A stretch of DNA of 64,000 nt from Piscinibacter sp. (GCF_036507085.1 NZ_DASXQQ010000104.1), one strand, 5' to 3'; positions 46,106 through 55,821 are shown, counted from the first letter of the stretch. Program-made: numbers and translations. The notes: generated by a model from the letters alone, not told the origin.

Positions 46106-47218
46106 ATGTCGGCACATGACGTTGGCGGGAACACGAGCCTGAAGACCTCGCTGTGCACGCGGCTCGGCATCGACCTGCCGATCATTCAGGCGCCCATGGC
46201 CGGCGGATGGACGACGCCCGCACTCGTCGCAGCGGTGTGCAACGCGGGCGGGCTGGGCATGCTCGCCGCGGCCCGCTTGTCGCTGGAGCAGCTGCGCGAC
46301 CAAATCGACGCCGTGCGGCGGCTGACCTCGCGGCCATTCGGGGTCAATTTCCTGCTGGCCCCGCCAGACGCTGCGCCCACCGATGTGAGCGCCATCCAGC
46401 GCGCCCTCGATGTCGGCCGCTCCAAGCTGGGCTTGATGCCCGGTTCGACGGCGCTGCAACTGCCGCCGTCGCAAACGGCGGCGCAGTTCGACCTCGTCTG
46501 CGAGACGAGGGTGCCGATCGTGGGCTTCGCGATGGGAGATCCCGGACCTTGGGCCGAGCGCGCAAAGCACGGCGGGGCATTCGTGATGGCGATGGCAACG
46601 ACGGTCGACGATGCGCTTCGCCTGCAGGCCTCCGGCGTGGACGCGATCGTTGCACAGGGCAGCGAGGCGGGAGGCCATCGGTCGAGCCTCGACCTGCCGT
46701 CGGACGCCGAAGCGCCGCTCGTCGGCTTGCTGGCACTCGTGCCGCAGATGGTCGACGCCGTGCAGGTGCCGGTCATTGCTGCCGGCGGCATCATGGACGG
46801 ACGGGGCGTGCTGGCGGCGCTGGTGCTCGGCGCCCAGGCGGCCCAGCTCGGCACCCGCTTCCTGCTGGCGACGGAAAGTGGGACCTTCGACGCCTATCGG
46901 CAACGGCTCATCGAGGCCGCCGAGATCGATACGGTGGTGACCCGCAGCTTGACGGGACGGGCGGCTCGAGCCCTTCGCAACGACGTGGTTCGGACCGTCG
47001 AAAGCGCGGGGGCATCGGTCCTCGGATGGCCTTATCAAGCACTGGCTGCCGAGGATGTGTACCGCGCCGCCATCGCGAACAACGACGCGGCGTGGGCGCC
47101 GCTGCTTGCAGGCCAGGGGCTGAGGCTGGCCCGCAAGGCTTCGTCAGCCGCCGAGATCATGGCGTCGCTGAAAGAGGAGCTGGCACTGCAGCTGGAGGCG
47201 TTGAATCGACCTGCCTAG
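46106..47218 (+). CDS. Nitronate monooxygenase family flavoprotein
   Basis: PIIQAPMAGG, QGSEAGGHR, PVIAAGGI.DG, QLGTRF, AGQG. Confidence 0.88.
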   Translation: MSAHDVGGNTSLKTSLCTRLGIDLPIIQAPMAGGWTTPALVAAVCNAGGLGMLAAARLSLEQLRDQIDAVRRLTSRPFGVNFLLAPPDAAPTDVSAIQRALDVGRSKLGLMPGSTALQLPPSQTAAQFDLVCETRVPIVGFAMGDPGPWAERAKHGGAFVMAMATTVDDALRLQASGVDAIVAQGSEAGGHRSSLDLPSDAEAPLVGLLALVPQMVDAVQVPVIAAGGIMDGRGVLAALVLGAQAAQLGTRFLLATESGTFDAYRQRLIEAAEIDTVVTRSLTGRAARALRNDVVRTVESAGASVLGWPYQALAAEDVYRAAIANNDAAWAPLLAGQGLRLARKASSAAEIMASLKEELALQLEALNRPA

Positions 47219-47270
47219 ACGGGTCACGTTGTGCTGGAAGGCACCCTCGAGAGCGGCCCGCGGGCGCGCG

Positions 47271-47750
47271 TTAGAGGCCGATCAACCCACAGCGCAAGCC
47301 TTCGCGCACCGCCTCGGCCCGCGTGGCCGCGCCGACCTTGGCCAGGATTTGCGCGACGTGGTACTTCGCCGTGTGCGCAGAGATGCCGAGCACGCCGCCG
47401 ATGTCGCGATTCGACAGGCCCTTGCCGAGCAGCTCGAAGACTTCGAGTTCGCGCGGAGTCAGCGGCTCATGCTCCGCAACGCCGGCGAACCACGGGGACT
47501 CGCGCACCGACAGGCCTTCGAGCACGGCACCGACCGCGGCGCGCAGGCGGCTCGCGCTCGCGTCAGCCGCCAGTCGTGCGCTCGCACGCTGAGCGCCGCG
47601 CACGACGATCTCGTCGCCGAGCAACACCCAGGCATCGGCGTTGTCTTCGGCGCGTCCGACGCGCACATCCCAGTCACCCGCGGCGCGCAGTGCCGCGGCC
47701 ACGCCGTCCGCAAGCAGCGGAGAAGGGCTGACGATGACGATGCGCGGCAT
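47271..47750 (-). CDS. LuxR-type HTH regulator with degenerate receiver-like N-terminus
   Basis: LTPRELEV...GLSNRDIG..LGISAHTAKYHV. Confidence 0.82.
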   Translation of the reverse strand: MPRIVIVSPSPLLADGVAAALRAAGDWDVRVGRAEDNADAWVLLGDEIVVRGAQRASARLAADASASRLRAAVGAVLEGLSVRESPWFAGVAEHEPLTPRELEVFELLGKGLSNRDIGGVLGISAHTAKYHVAQILAKVGAATRAEAVREGLRCGLIGL

Positions 47751-47755
47751 GCGTT

Positions 47756-48637
47756 CTAGCGGCAATGCCCGCTCGGCCGCTCGGCCACTTCGAGCGACAG
47801 TTCGTGTCCCCGCCCGCCGCGTGCCACGAGCACCCGCACCTGCGCGCCCACTTGCAGCAACTCGCGCAACGCCTCGAGGCTGCCCACGGGTTCGCCGCCG
47901 ACCTTGACGATCACGTCTGCGACCAGAAGCCCGGCACGCGCTGCCGGCCCATCGTCGGCCACCGAGCTGACGAGCAGGCCGTCCACCGCCGCCCCGTCCA
48001 GCGTGGCGCGCACCGGCTGTGCGGCGATGCCGATGTAGCCCTGCTGCACGCGGCCATGCGCGAGCAACTGGTCGAGCACGCGGTCGACGGTCGCCACCGG
48101 GAGCGCGACGGCGTGGTGGCGCGAGAACGCGCTGCTCGCGATGCCGAGCACCTGGCCCGACGCATCGGCCACCGGTGCGCCGTCGAGCCCGGGATAGAGC
48201 CCGCCGTCCAGCCGGATCAGTCGATCGACACGGCCGCCGCGCCAGGTGCGCCATTCGCCGCCTGCCGAGCCGACGTGGCCGAAGCTCGCCTGCGTCAGCC
48301 CTGAAGGCTCGCGGCCGACGGCGAAGACGAAGTCGCCGGCGCGCGGCGCAGCCGCCGCAGCGCGCTCGGCCACCGGCATGGCGCCGCTCGAGAAGGCGAC
48401 CGCCGCGAGGTCGGTGCCGCCATCCACGCCGCGCACCTCGCCTTGCACCTGCTCGCCATCGGGTAGCACCAGCGACACGCTCGACGAACGCCACAGCGCC
48501 GACGCGCTGCCGACCACGACGCCGTTGCGCCACAACACGCCGGAGCTGCGATGGCGACGCGTGACCAGGCCGACCACCGACGCGGCCAGCCGCTCCACGG
48601 TGTCGGGCAAAGCAGAAGGCGAGTTGAGGCTGTTCAT
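47756..48637 (-). CDS. S1C/HtrA-like trypsin domain plus PDZ protein, catalytic His and Ser absent
   Basis: SSGVLW, DGGTDLA, GDFVFAVGR, LYPGLDGAP, PDZ GYIGI...GPAARAGL. Confidence 0.8.
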   Translation of the reverse strand: MNSLNSPSALPDTVERLAASVVGLVTRRHRSSGVLWRNGVVVGSASALWRSSSVSLVLPDGEQVQGEVRGVDGGTDLAAVAFSSGAMPVAERAAAAAPRAGDFVFAVGREPSGLTQASFGHVGSAGGEWRTWRGGRVDRLIRLDGGLYPGLDGAPVADASGQVLGIASSAFSRHHAVALPVATVDRVLDQLLAHGRVQQGYIGIAAQPVRATLDGAAVDGLLVSSVADDGPAARAGLLVADVIVKVGGEPVGSLEALRELLQVGAQVRVLVARGGRGHELSLEVAERPSGHCR

Positions 48638-49002
48638 GGAAGCAGAGCCAATGCGTGATGTGAGGGTGCCATCGTGCGCGTTGCATCGACAATGCGCCTC
48701 CGCCGACCGGCGGGGCAGGCCCTGCCCGTTCGGGCAGGACTTCGAAGCTGACACTTGGGGCCAGCATTGCGACAAACAAGGCCAGCTCCGCCATCAGAAT
48801 TACCCGCGCATTACGATGCGCTTCGGTTGGCGGAGCGGCCTGGGGGCTGAAATGGCGCGACAGTCAATGGCCATCTGCGGGCACCGGCCCGGTTCCAACG
48901 GCAGGTATGTGGCGTGTTATCGGCAGGCAGTCAGCGGCCAGGAGCGGTCGGACATGACGGGCAGCTTGCAGCGCCCTTCACATTCAAGGACTTGCTGCGT
49001 TC

Positions 49003-49345
49003 CTATTCGATAACCTCGTCTGCCGAGAGTAAGAGCGCCTGCGGCACAGCGATCCCAAACGCCTTGGCCGCCTTCTTGTCGATCACCAATTCGAGCTTGG
49101 TGGCCCGCTCGAACGGAATCTCGGCCGGTTTCTCGCCTTTGAGGATCTTGTCGACCAGCGCCGCCGCACGCCCGAACACAACGGGGGGAAGTCTGACTGG
49201 TACGAGGCCAGACCGCCACCGGTCAGGAAGTCGCGGCCGCCCCACACCGATGGCATGCGCCGCTGCAGGCACAGTTCGTTGAGCCGGACCGGACGCGTGT
49301 ACGGGTTGGCGTCGGCGAGCACGACCAGGCCGCCGACAATCGCAA
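49003..49345 (-). pseudogene. ABC substrate-binding protein (COG2984-type), frameshifted C-terminal remnant
   Basis: GGLASY (frame shift) RAAALVDKILKGEKPAEIPFERATKLELVIDKKAAKAFGIAVPQALLLSADEVIE; no N-terminus. Confidence 0.75.
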
Positions 49346-49454
49346 GGCTGCTGCTTCGCTGCCCGTCCGATTACTCAATAGCTTCCAGTACGAGCGCAAC
49401 TGCGCCTTCGAGAACGGCCGCTTGTCGGCACGGTCGAACAGGAGCCTCAACTGC

Positions 49455-49560
49455 TTCGATCACGTGCCGCTTGAAAATCTGGGCGGCACCGACGTGACTG
49501 CGGCGACCCTGCGTCTTCAGATACGCCACATATGCATCGAGGAGCCGCGCGGCTAGGGCG
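49455..49560 (-). pseudogene. Possible tyrosine integrase fragment
   Basis: LLDAYVAYLKTQGRRSHVGAAQIFKRHVIEA resembles an integrase core-binding region; short, recognised by eye only. Confidence 0.35.
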
Positions 49561-49561
49561 G

Positions 49562-49969
49562 GCTCAACTCGCGCGCCACAGCGGTGAAGTAGCGCAGGTG
49601 CCGAAGTCCGAGATTCATCGGACGGAAAAACGAGCGCGGCATCGGAGGAACGGGAGGGTCGGTAGAAACCCGATGCCTGCATACCTTGAAGGTATCTTGC
49701 CGGACCCAAACGATATTGGACCAAACGACTCCCGGCAACCAATATTCAGCCCATGAAATCGAGCCCCACTGCCCACTTCATCGATGCCTGATGCCCGCCA
49801 TGCTGTTCCACGTGCAAATGACCGTCCGGGAACTCAAGGCGCGCGAGAAGGCGATCGCCCAGCAGCCTCGCACGACACGCTGATGAAACTGCCCCTCTTC
49901 CCGTACATGGACATCGAGGTGCAGCCCCTATGCCGCCATGCCTCGTCGGTCCACGACGACGACCGCTGA
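49562..49969. pseudogene. Deletion-condensed duplicate of catR'/PcatB/catB'/catC'
   Basis: Segment-by-segment similarity to 55676-55914 and 57028-57332. Confidence 0.9.
49681..49695. promoter_or_regulatory. CatR/BenM-type site ATAC-N7-GTAT, duplicate copy
   Basis: ATACCTTGAAGGTAT, identical to 55807-55821. Confidence 0.75.
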
Positions 49970-49994
49970 ACCGACTCACAGACCAGGAACCACC

Positions 49995-50966
49995 ATGAAC
50001 CGCCGTACCCTCCTCGCCGCTGCCATCTGCGCCCTGTCCACCGGCGCCGCGCTGGCGCAGCCCGAGGCCTACCCGAACAGGCTGATCAAATGGATCGTGC
50101 CATTCCCGCCGGCCGGCGCGATGGACAACATCGCCCGCACGCTCGGCGAGCACATGGGTCGCAAGCTGGGCCAGACCTTCGTCATCGAGAACCGGGCCGG
50201 AGCCGGCGGCAACATCGGCGCCGACGCGGTGGCCAAGTCCGCACCCGACGGCTACACGATGATGATCGTGGCCAACGGCATGGCGGTAAACAAGTTCCTC
50301 TACAGCAAGCTGAGCTACGACCCCGTTAAGAGCTTCGCGCCGGTCTCGCTGGTCGCCGTCGTGCCCAATGTCCTGGTGACGAATGCCGCGTCGTCGAAGG
50401 CAAAGACGGTGTCCGACGTGATTGCGCAGGCCAAGGCGCAGCCCGGAAAGGCCACCTACGCGTCGGCCGGAAACGGCACCTCGATCCACCTCGCGGGCGA
50501 GCTCTTCACCTCAATGGCGCAGGTCGAAATGCTGCACGTGCCGTACAAAGGCAGCGGCCCGGCAGTCACCAACCTCATCGGCGGCCAAGTCGACTACATG
50601 TTCGACAGCATCACCTCGGCCATGCCCCACATCCAGTCCGGCAAGCTCCGCGCGATCGCGGTGACGACGGCCAAACGTTCATCGGCGCTGCCCAACGTGC
50701 CGACGATCGCGGAAGCCGGCCTGCCCGGCTACGAGCTGTCGCCGTGGTTCGCCGTGTACATGCCCGCCGGCACGCCAAAGCCCGTTGTGGACAAGATCAA
50801 TGCCGCGCTCGTCGAGGTGATGAAGCTGCCTGAAGTGAAGGCGCGTTTCGCCGCCATTGGCGCCGAGGCCATCGGCAGCACTCCCGAGCATTTGGCGACC
50901 CACCTGGAAAGCGAGATGGCCAAGTGGGGCAAGATCATTCAGTCGCGCGGCATCCGGGCAGACTGA
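49995..50966 (+). CDS. Bug/TctC tripartite tricarboxylate transporter substrate-binding protein
   Basis: IVPFPPAG..D..AR, ENRAGAGGNIG, PDGYT, HVPYKGSGPA, PNVPTIAEAG. Confidence 0.93.
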   Translation: MNRRTLLAAAICALSTGAALAQPEAYPNRLIKWIVPFPPAGAMDNIARTLGEHMGRKLGQTFVIENRAGAGGNIGADAVAKSAPDGYTMMIVANGMAVNKFLYSKLSYDPVKSFAPVSLVAVVPNVLVTNAASSKAKTVSDVIAQAKAQPGKATYASAGNGTSIHLAGELFTSMAQVEMLHVPYKGSGPAVTNLIGGQVDYMFDSITSAMPHIQSGKLRAIAVTTAKRSSALPNVPTIAEAGLPGYELSPWFAVYMPAGTPKPVVDKINAALVEVMKLPEVKARFAAIGAEAIGSTPEHLATHLESEMAKWGKIIQSRGIRAD

Positions 50967-51021
50967 AGCGACGCCTGTATCAGGAACGATGAGCAACCCC
51001 TGTCGTCCCTGCTTGAACTGT

Positions 51022-51921
51022 TCACCACGAGAAGCGCGGCTGAGAGAAGCAATCGCTGAGGAAGTTGATCAGCACACGCACCTTGGGTGACACGTGCTTG
51101 CGAGTCGGATAGACGGCATAGATGCCGAGCTCGATCGACTTGAACTCGGGCATCAATTCCACGAGCGTGCCGGCCGCCAGGTCTTCGCCGACCAAGAAGG
51201 TGGGCTGCAGGATCACACCCTGATGCACCAGCGCCGCCGCTCTGCAGGTGTCGCCGCTGTTCGTGTGAATGCAGGGTCGGGTGCGGACGCTGACCTTGCC
51301 TTGCGGGCCGTCAAAGTGCCATTCGTCCTTGGTGGACCAGTAGCTGTAGGCGACGATCGCGTGATCGATCAGTTCGCTCGGATGTCGGGGCGTACCGCGT
51401 TCCTCGAGATAGTGCGGTGATGCACACAGCACCATGCGGGTGGCCGACAGACGTTTGCTGACCAGTGTCGAACTCGGCAGCGTGGCGATCCGAATCGCCA
51501 GGTCGTAACCCTCCTCGACGAGATCGACCACGCGATCAGTCAATGTCACGTCGAGCGCGACTTTCGGATGCAATGCCCGGAATTCCCCCCACAGGGGCGC
51601 CAGATGGCGAATACCGAAAGTCACCGGCGCATTCAACCGGACGAGACCGCTGGCGTCGGCATTTCCGGAGGTGATCTCCGCCTCAGCCTCGTCGACTCCC
51701 GACAGCAGTTCCTTGCATCTCGCATGGAACACCTGACCCTCCTCGGTCAGCGACAGTCGTCGCGTCGTGCGGTGCAAGAGCCTGACGCCCAGGCGCGACT
51801 CCAGATCACCGACGTATCTCGACACTGCCGCCTTCGACATGGCAAGCGAGTCCGCCGCCTTGACGAAACTGCCCGAATCGACGACCGCGGCGAAGGTCTG
51901 CATCTCCAGGAACTTGTCCAT
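51022..51921 (-). CDS. LysR family regulator (DmlR/CrgA-like)
   Basis: GSFVKAA...SKAAVSR...LLHRTTRRLSLTEEG. Confidence 0.92.
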   Translation of the reverse strand: MDKFLEMQTFAAVVDSGSFVKAADSLAMSKAAVSRYVGDLESRLGVRLLHRTTRRLSLTEEGQVFHARCKELLSGVDEAEAEITSGNADASGLVRLNAPVTFGIRHLAPLWGEFRALHPKVALDVTLTDRVVDLVEEGYDLAIRIATLPSSTLVSKRLSATRMVLCASPHYLEERGTPRHPSELIDHAIVAYSYWSTKDEWHFDGPQGKVSVRTRPCIHTNSGDTCRAAALVHQGVILQPTFLVGEDLAAGTLVELMPEFKSIELGIYAVYPTRKHVSPKVRVLINFLSDCFSQPRFSW

Positions 51922-52051
51922 TGTCTCGACCGAAGGAACAGTTGATCTCAGGATAAGCTGTTTATCCCAAGACCGCGAGTTTCTACAGTTGAGTCCATGC
52001 GCTGCCTACCTGCTGCACGTCGCCGCAGAGGCTCCGCTTAGAGGACTCATC

Positions 52052-52684
52052 ATGAAGATCACCGTAGTGGGCGCCGGCAACATGGGCGCGGCGTTTGTCA
52101 AGCAACTCACTCGTGCCGGCCACCAGGTCAGCGTGACTGCGCGTGACGGCGCAAAGGCAGCGCAGGTTGCCGCCGCGAACCCTGGAGCCGCGGCCGTCCC
52201 CACGGCCGGTGCCGCGACAGGCGCTGACGCCGTTGTGCTGGCCACCGGCTACGGCGATGCAGTGGACGCGCTCAAGTCGCTCGGCGGCCTGCAAGGCAAG
52301 GTGGTGATCGACATCACCAACCCGCTGACAGCCGACTACATGGGGTTGACGCTCGGTCAGAGCACCTCGGCGGCCGAAGAGATCGCCAAGGCCGTGCCAG
52401 GCGCCGAGGTCGTGAAGGCGTTCAACACGGTCTTCGCTCAGGTACTGGCCGAGGGCGCGGACTTCGGCGAGGGAAAGAAGGTCACCGTGTTCTATGCGTC
52501 CGACAGCGAGCGCGCCAAACAGACGGCAAGTGCGCTGGCCGAGAGCATGGGCTTCAAGACCGTCGATGCAGGCGGCCTGAAGAACTCGCGCTACCTCGAG
52601 CCCTTGGCCGGTCTGAACATCTACCTCGGCTACGGCGCCGGGCTCGGCACGAGCATCGCGCCGACCTGGATCAGCAAGGCCTGA
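52052..52684 (+). CDS. NADPH-dependent F420 reductase-family oxidoreductase
   Basis: GAGNMG, VIDITNP, SAAE, VVKAFNT, DAGGL. Confidence 0.87.
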   Translation: MKITVVGAGNMGAAFVKQLTRAGHQVSVTARDGAKAAQVAAANPGAAAVPTAGAATGADAVVLATGYGDAVDALKSLGGLQGKVVIDITNPLTADYMGLTLGQSTSAAEEIAKAVPGAEVVKAFNTVFAQVLAEGADFGEGKKVTVFYASDSERAKQTASALAESMGFKTVDAGGLKNSRYLEPLAGLNIYLGYGAGLGTSIAPTWISKA

Positions 52685-52740
52685 GCCTGTCCGCTGAAAA
52701 CACCGCGGCGTGCGCCGCCAGTTCCCAACTTGGAGTCACC

Positions 52741-53199
52741 ATGAATTCTCGTCTACTCAATCGGCTCGTCTCGACAGACTCTCGCTTCGCACCGCTGGTC
52801 GTTCGCGTTCCGCTCGGCATCATCTTCCTGGCGCACGGCGCCCAAAAACTGTTCGGCTGGTTCGGCGGGTACGGACTGGAGGGCACGGGCCAGTGGATGG
52901 ACTCCATCGGCCTGCACCCTGGCACCGTGCTGGCATTGCTGGCCGGTGGCGCCGAGTTTTTCGGCGGACTCGCCTTGCTGCTGGGCCTGCTGGTGCGGCC
53001 CGCCTCCGTGGCGCTGGCTTTCACGATGCTGGTCGCGATCTTCAGCGTTCACATCAGCAAGGGATTTTTCCTGAGCAACGGAGGTTTCGAGTACGGGCTC
53101 GCCTTGCTCGCTGCCACTGTCGCGTTGCTCATCAGCGGCGCGGGTCGCTTTTCACTCGACGTTGTGCTGGCTCGCAACGGCGCTACCGCCAGAAGCTGA
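52741..53199 (+). CDS. DoxX family membrane protein
   Basis: HGAQKLFGWFGGYGL, AEFFGG, GGFEY, GAGRFSLD. Confidence 0.92.
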   Translation: MNSRLLNRLVSTDSRFAPLVVRVPLGIIFLAHGAQKLFGWFGGYGLEGTGQWMDSIGLHPGTVLALLAGGAEFFGGLALLLGLLVRPASVALAFTMLVAIFSVHISKGFFLSNGGFEYGLALLAATVALLISGAGRFSLDVVLARNGATARS

Positions 53200-53218
53200 A
53201 CGTTTTCAGCTCGTTCGC

Positions 53219-53252
53219 TGCGGGTACGGGTCGCACGTGACCCGTACCCGCA
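53219..53252. other. Perfect 14-bp intergenic hairpin without U-tract
   Basis: TGCGGGTACGGGTC-N6-GACCCGTACCCGCA. Confidence 0.5.
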
Positions 53253-53271
53253 TGCCCCAAGGAGACATGGA

Positions 53272-54114
53272 ATGAAGCGTTTTCCCAGCCTGTTTGTGTC
53301 CCACGGTGCGCCGACGTTTGCAATGGACCCAGGGCTCGCCGGGCCGCAATTGGAACAACTCGGCCAGACACTCGCTCGACCCAGCGCGGTATTGATCGTC
53401 TCGCCGCACTGGAGGACACGTACAGCCGCGGTCGCGACTGCGGCGATGCCCGAGACCATTCATGACTTCGGCGGTTTCCCGAGTGAGCTGTATCAGATTC
53501 AGTACCCCGCGAGCGGGCACCCCGAGTTGGCACAGGCTGCAGCCGCTCTGTTGGCAGCGGCTGGCCATCGGGTGACCGTGGACGCCCAGCGTGGTTTGGA
53601 CCACGGCGCCTGGGTTCCCCTGCGGTACATGTTCCCGGCGGCCGACGTGCCGGCATTCCAGGTGTCGATGCCGACCTCGCTGGACGCGGAGTCGGCGTGG
53701 CAGTTTGGCGCAACGCTTGCACCGTTGGCCACGCAGGGCGTCCTGATCGTGGGTTCGGGCAGCCTGACACACAACCTCTTTGAATTTCGCAACGGCCACG
53801 GCGTCGACGAGGCCTACGCCATCGAGTTTGTTGAATGGGTGCGTAGCGCCGCACTCGCTTGCGATCGAGACCTGCTCGTGCACGCGCTCTCGCGCGCACC
53901 CCACGCCTCACGGGCGCATCCGAGCACCGAACACTTCCTTCCCCTGCTCGTAGCGGCAGGGGCTGCAGCGATCGGTGCGCCCGTCACGGTCTTGCCTGGC
54001 GGCATCGCGCACGGTGTTCTGTCGATGGAGTCCTACGTGTTCGGTACCGTCGACACCGAGGCGCAGCATCGCTTGCCTCGCGGGGAATTCCAACCTGTGC
54101 CGATCGGAGCCTGA
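53272..54114 (+). CDS. DODA-type class III extradiol dioxygenase (YgiD-like)
   Basis: FVSHGAP, SPHW, IHDFGGFP, GLDHGAWVP, SGSLTHN, AHPSTEHFLP. Confidence 0.9.
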   Translation: MKRFPSLFVSHGAPTFAMDPGLAGPQLEQLGQTLARPSAVLIVSPHWRTRTAAVATAAMPETIHDFGGFPSELYQIQYPASGHPELAQAAAALLAAAGHRVTVDAQRGLDHGAWVPLRYMFPAADVPAFQVSMPTSLDAESAWQFGATLAPLATQGVLIVGSGSLTHNLFEFRNGHGVDEAYAIEFVEWVRSAALACDRDLLVHALSRAPHASRAHPSTEHFLPLLVAAGAAAIGAPVTVLPGGIAHGVLSMESYVFGTVDTEAQHRLPRGEFQPVPIGA

Positions 54115-54115
54115 T

Positions 54116-54766
54116 ATGTCGATGATCATCCAGCAACCGAGCAGCATCGCCGAACAGCTCATATTGCTGTTCCACGGCGTCGGTGCCAACGCGCACGATA
54201 TGGCGCCTCTGGGGAAGCGCCTGGCGAGCGCATTCCCGGCCGCTTTCGTGGTCAGTGTCGACGGCGCCCATGTGTCCGATCTGGGCACAGGTCGTCAGTG
54301 GTTCTCGGTGCGTGGGGTCACTGAAGGGAACCGACCCGCGCGGGTCGAGGCTGCGATGCCGGGTTTTCAGGCAAGCGTCCGCCATTGGCAAGGAGTGTCC
54401 AAGGTAGGCGTCCAAGACACCTTGCTGGTCGGCTTCTCGCAGGGCGCGATCATGGCCCTCGAAACGACGCAGCAGACGCAAGCCGTGGCGGGACGCGTGA
54501 TTGCCATCGCTGGCCGGTTTGCCGAGCCGCCACGGCCGGCAGCGCTCAAGACCAGGCTGCACCTGATTCACGGTGAACAAGACGCCGTGATTCCGGCGGG
54601 CTATGCCCTCGATGCGGCCTCGCGTTTGGAGCGCCTGGGTTCCGAAGTGACGAAGGACCTGATCCCTATGCTTGGCCATGCCATTGACAGCCGGGTGTTG
54701 GAGCGCATCATTGAACGGATGCGGAGCTGGGCGCGTTCGGACATTGATCACCGGCAGAGCATGTGA
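54116..54766 (+). CDS. Alpha/beta esterase (YpfH-like phospholipase/carboxylesterase)
   Basis: LLFHGVG, QWFS, GFSQGA, IHGEQD, GH. Confidence 0.87.
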   Translation: MSMIIQQPSSIAEQLILLFHGVGANAHDMAPLGKRLASAFPAAFVVSVDGAHVSDLGTGRQWFSVRGVTEGNRPARVEAAMPGFQASVRHWQGVSKVGVQDTLLVGFSQGAIMALETTQQTQAVAGRVIAIAGRFAEPPRPAALKTRLHLIHGEQDAVIPAGYALDAASRLERLGSEVTKDLIPMLGHAIDSRVLERIIERMRSWARSDIDHRQSM

Positions 54767-55732
54767 TCAGCGACCGCGCGGGCCGCCGGCTTTCGCCGGC
54801 ATGTCGGGTAATGGCTGGGGCCGCGCTCTCGGCTTGCCGAGCGTCGACGTTGGCAGCGAGCGCACTATGTCGCGAATGAAGGTCGTCAACTCGGACTCGT
54901 CGTCCCTGCGGTGATTCATGATGATCGGCGTGGTCACCCCCTCGTCGCTCAACGGCATGTAGACCACGCCGGCACGATCCAGGGCCTGCACCGACCGCGG
55001 CACGAGCGCGTAGCCGATGCCGGCCACGACGAGACCGATGGCGGTCTGCACCTCGTTCGTTTCCAGCGCGACCGTGGGCTTCAACCCGCGCGAGCGAAAG
55101 ATCTCCAGAACCTGATCGGCATAACTCGGCCTCGGCTTGGCGGGATACAGCAGCAGCGGTTCGGACGCGAGCTTGGCGAGACTGAGGCTCTTGTGGCGCA
55201 ACAGGCGATGGTTTGCCGGGAGCGCCGCCACCACGGCTTCCTCACGGACCAGCTCGCCGTCGATGGCGTCGTCGTCAATCTGCAGACGACCGAATCCGAC
55301 GTCGATGCGGCCAGCCTTGAGCGCTTCGATCTGCTCCAAAGTCGTCATCTCAAAGAGACTCAATTCGACTGTCGGTTGTGCCTCACGAAAGCGGCGGATG
55401 ACTTCCGGCAAATTGCCATAAAGGGTTGACGGCACGAAGCCAAGGCCGAACCAGGTTCGCGTTCCACCGGCAATGCGCGCCGCGGCGGCCTGAATTTCGA
55501 TCATCCGATCCAGCATCTGCTGTGCCTGAATCTGAAAGAACCGTCCCGCCGGCGTGAGGCGCAATGGACGCGAACCTCGGTCAAGCAATTCCGCGCCGAG
55601 TTCGTCCTCGAGCGATCGGATCTGCCTGCTCAACGGCGGCTGCGCGATGTGCAACTGCTCGGCCGCGCGGCTGAAGCTCAACTCGCGTGCGACAGCGGTG
55701 AAGTAGCGCAGGTGGCGGAGTTCGATATTCAT
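54767..55732 (-). CDS. catR: LysR regulator CatR/BenM type
   Basis: ELRHLRYF...HIAQPPLSRQI, GFVPSTLYG, GRIDVGFGR, YPAKPRPSYAD; divergent from catB. Confidence 0.88.
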   Translation of the reverse strand: MNIELRHLRYFTAVARELSFSRAAEQLHIAQPPLSRQIRSLEDELGAELLDRGSRPLRLTPAGRFFQIQAQQMLDRMIEIQAAAARIAGGTRTWFGLGFVPSTLYGNLPEVIRRFREAQPTVELSLFEMTTLEQIEALKAGRIDVGFGRLQIDDDAIDGELVREEAVVAALPANHRLLRHKSLSLAKLASEPLLLYPAKPRPSYADQVLEIFRSRGLKPTVALETNEVQTAIGLVVAGIGYALVPRSVQALDRAGVVYMPLSDEGVTTPIIMNHRRDDESELTTFIRDIVRSLPTSTLGKPRARPQPLPDMPAKAGGPRGR

Positions 55733-55806
55733 CGGATCCTCCTTGAACGGTGCAAACAAGCGTGGCGTCAGACGGCACGCAGAGTCGGTAGAAACCCGGT
55801 GCCTGC

Positions 55807-55821
55807 ATACCTTGAAGGTAT
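55807..55821. promoter_or_regulatory. CatR binding site ATAC-N7-GTAT
   Basis: ATACCTTGAAGGTAT matches the BenM/CatM consensus, between catR and catB. Confidence 0.8.
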
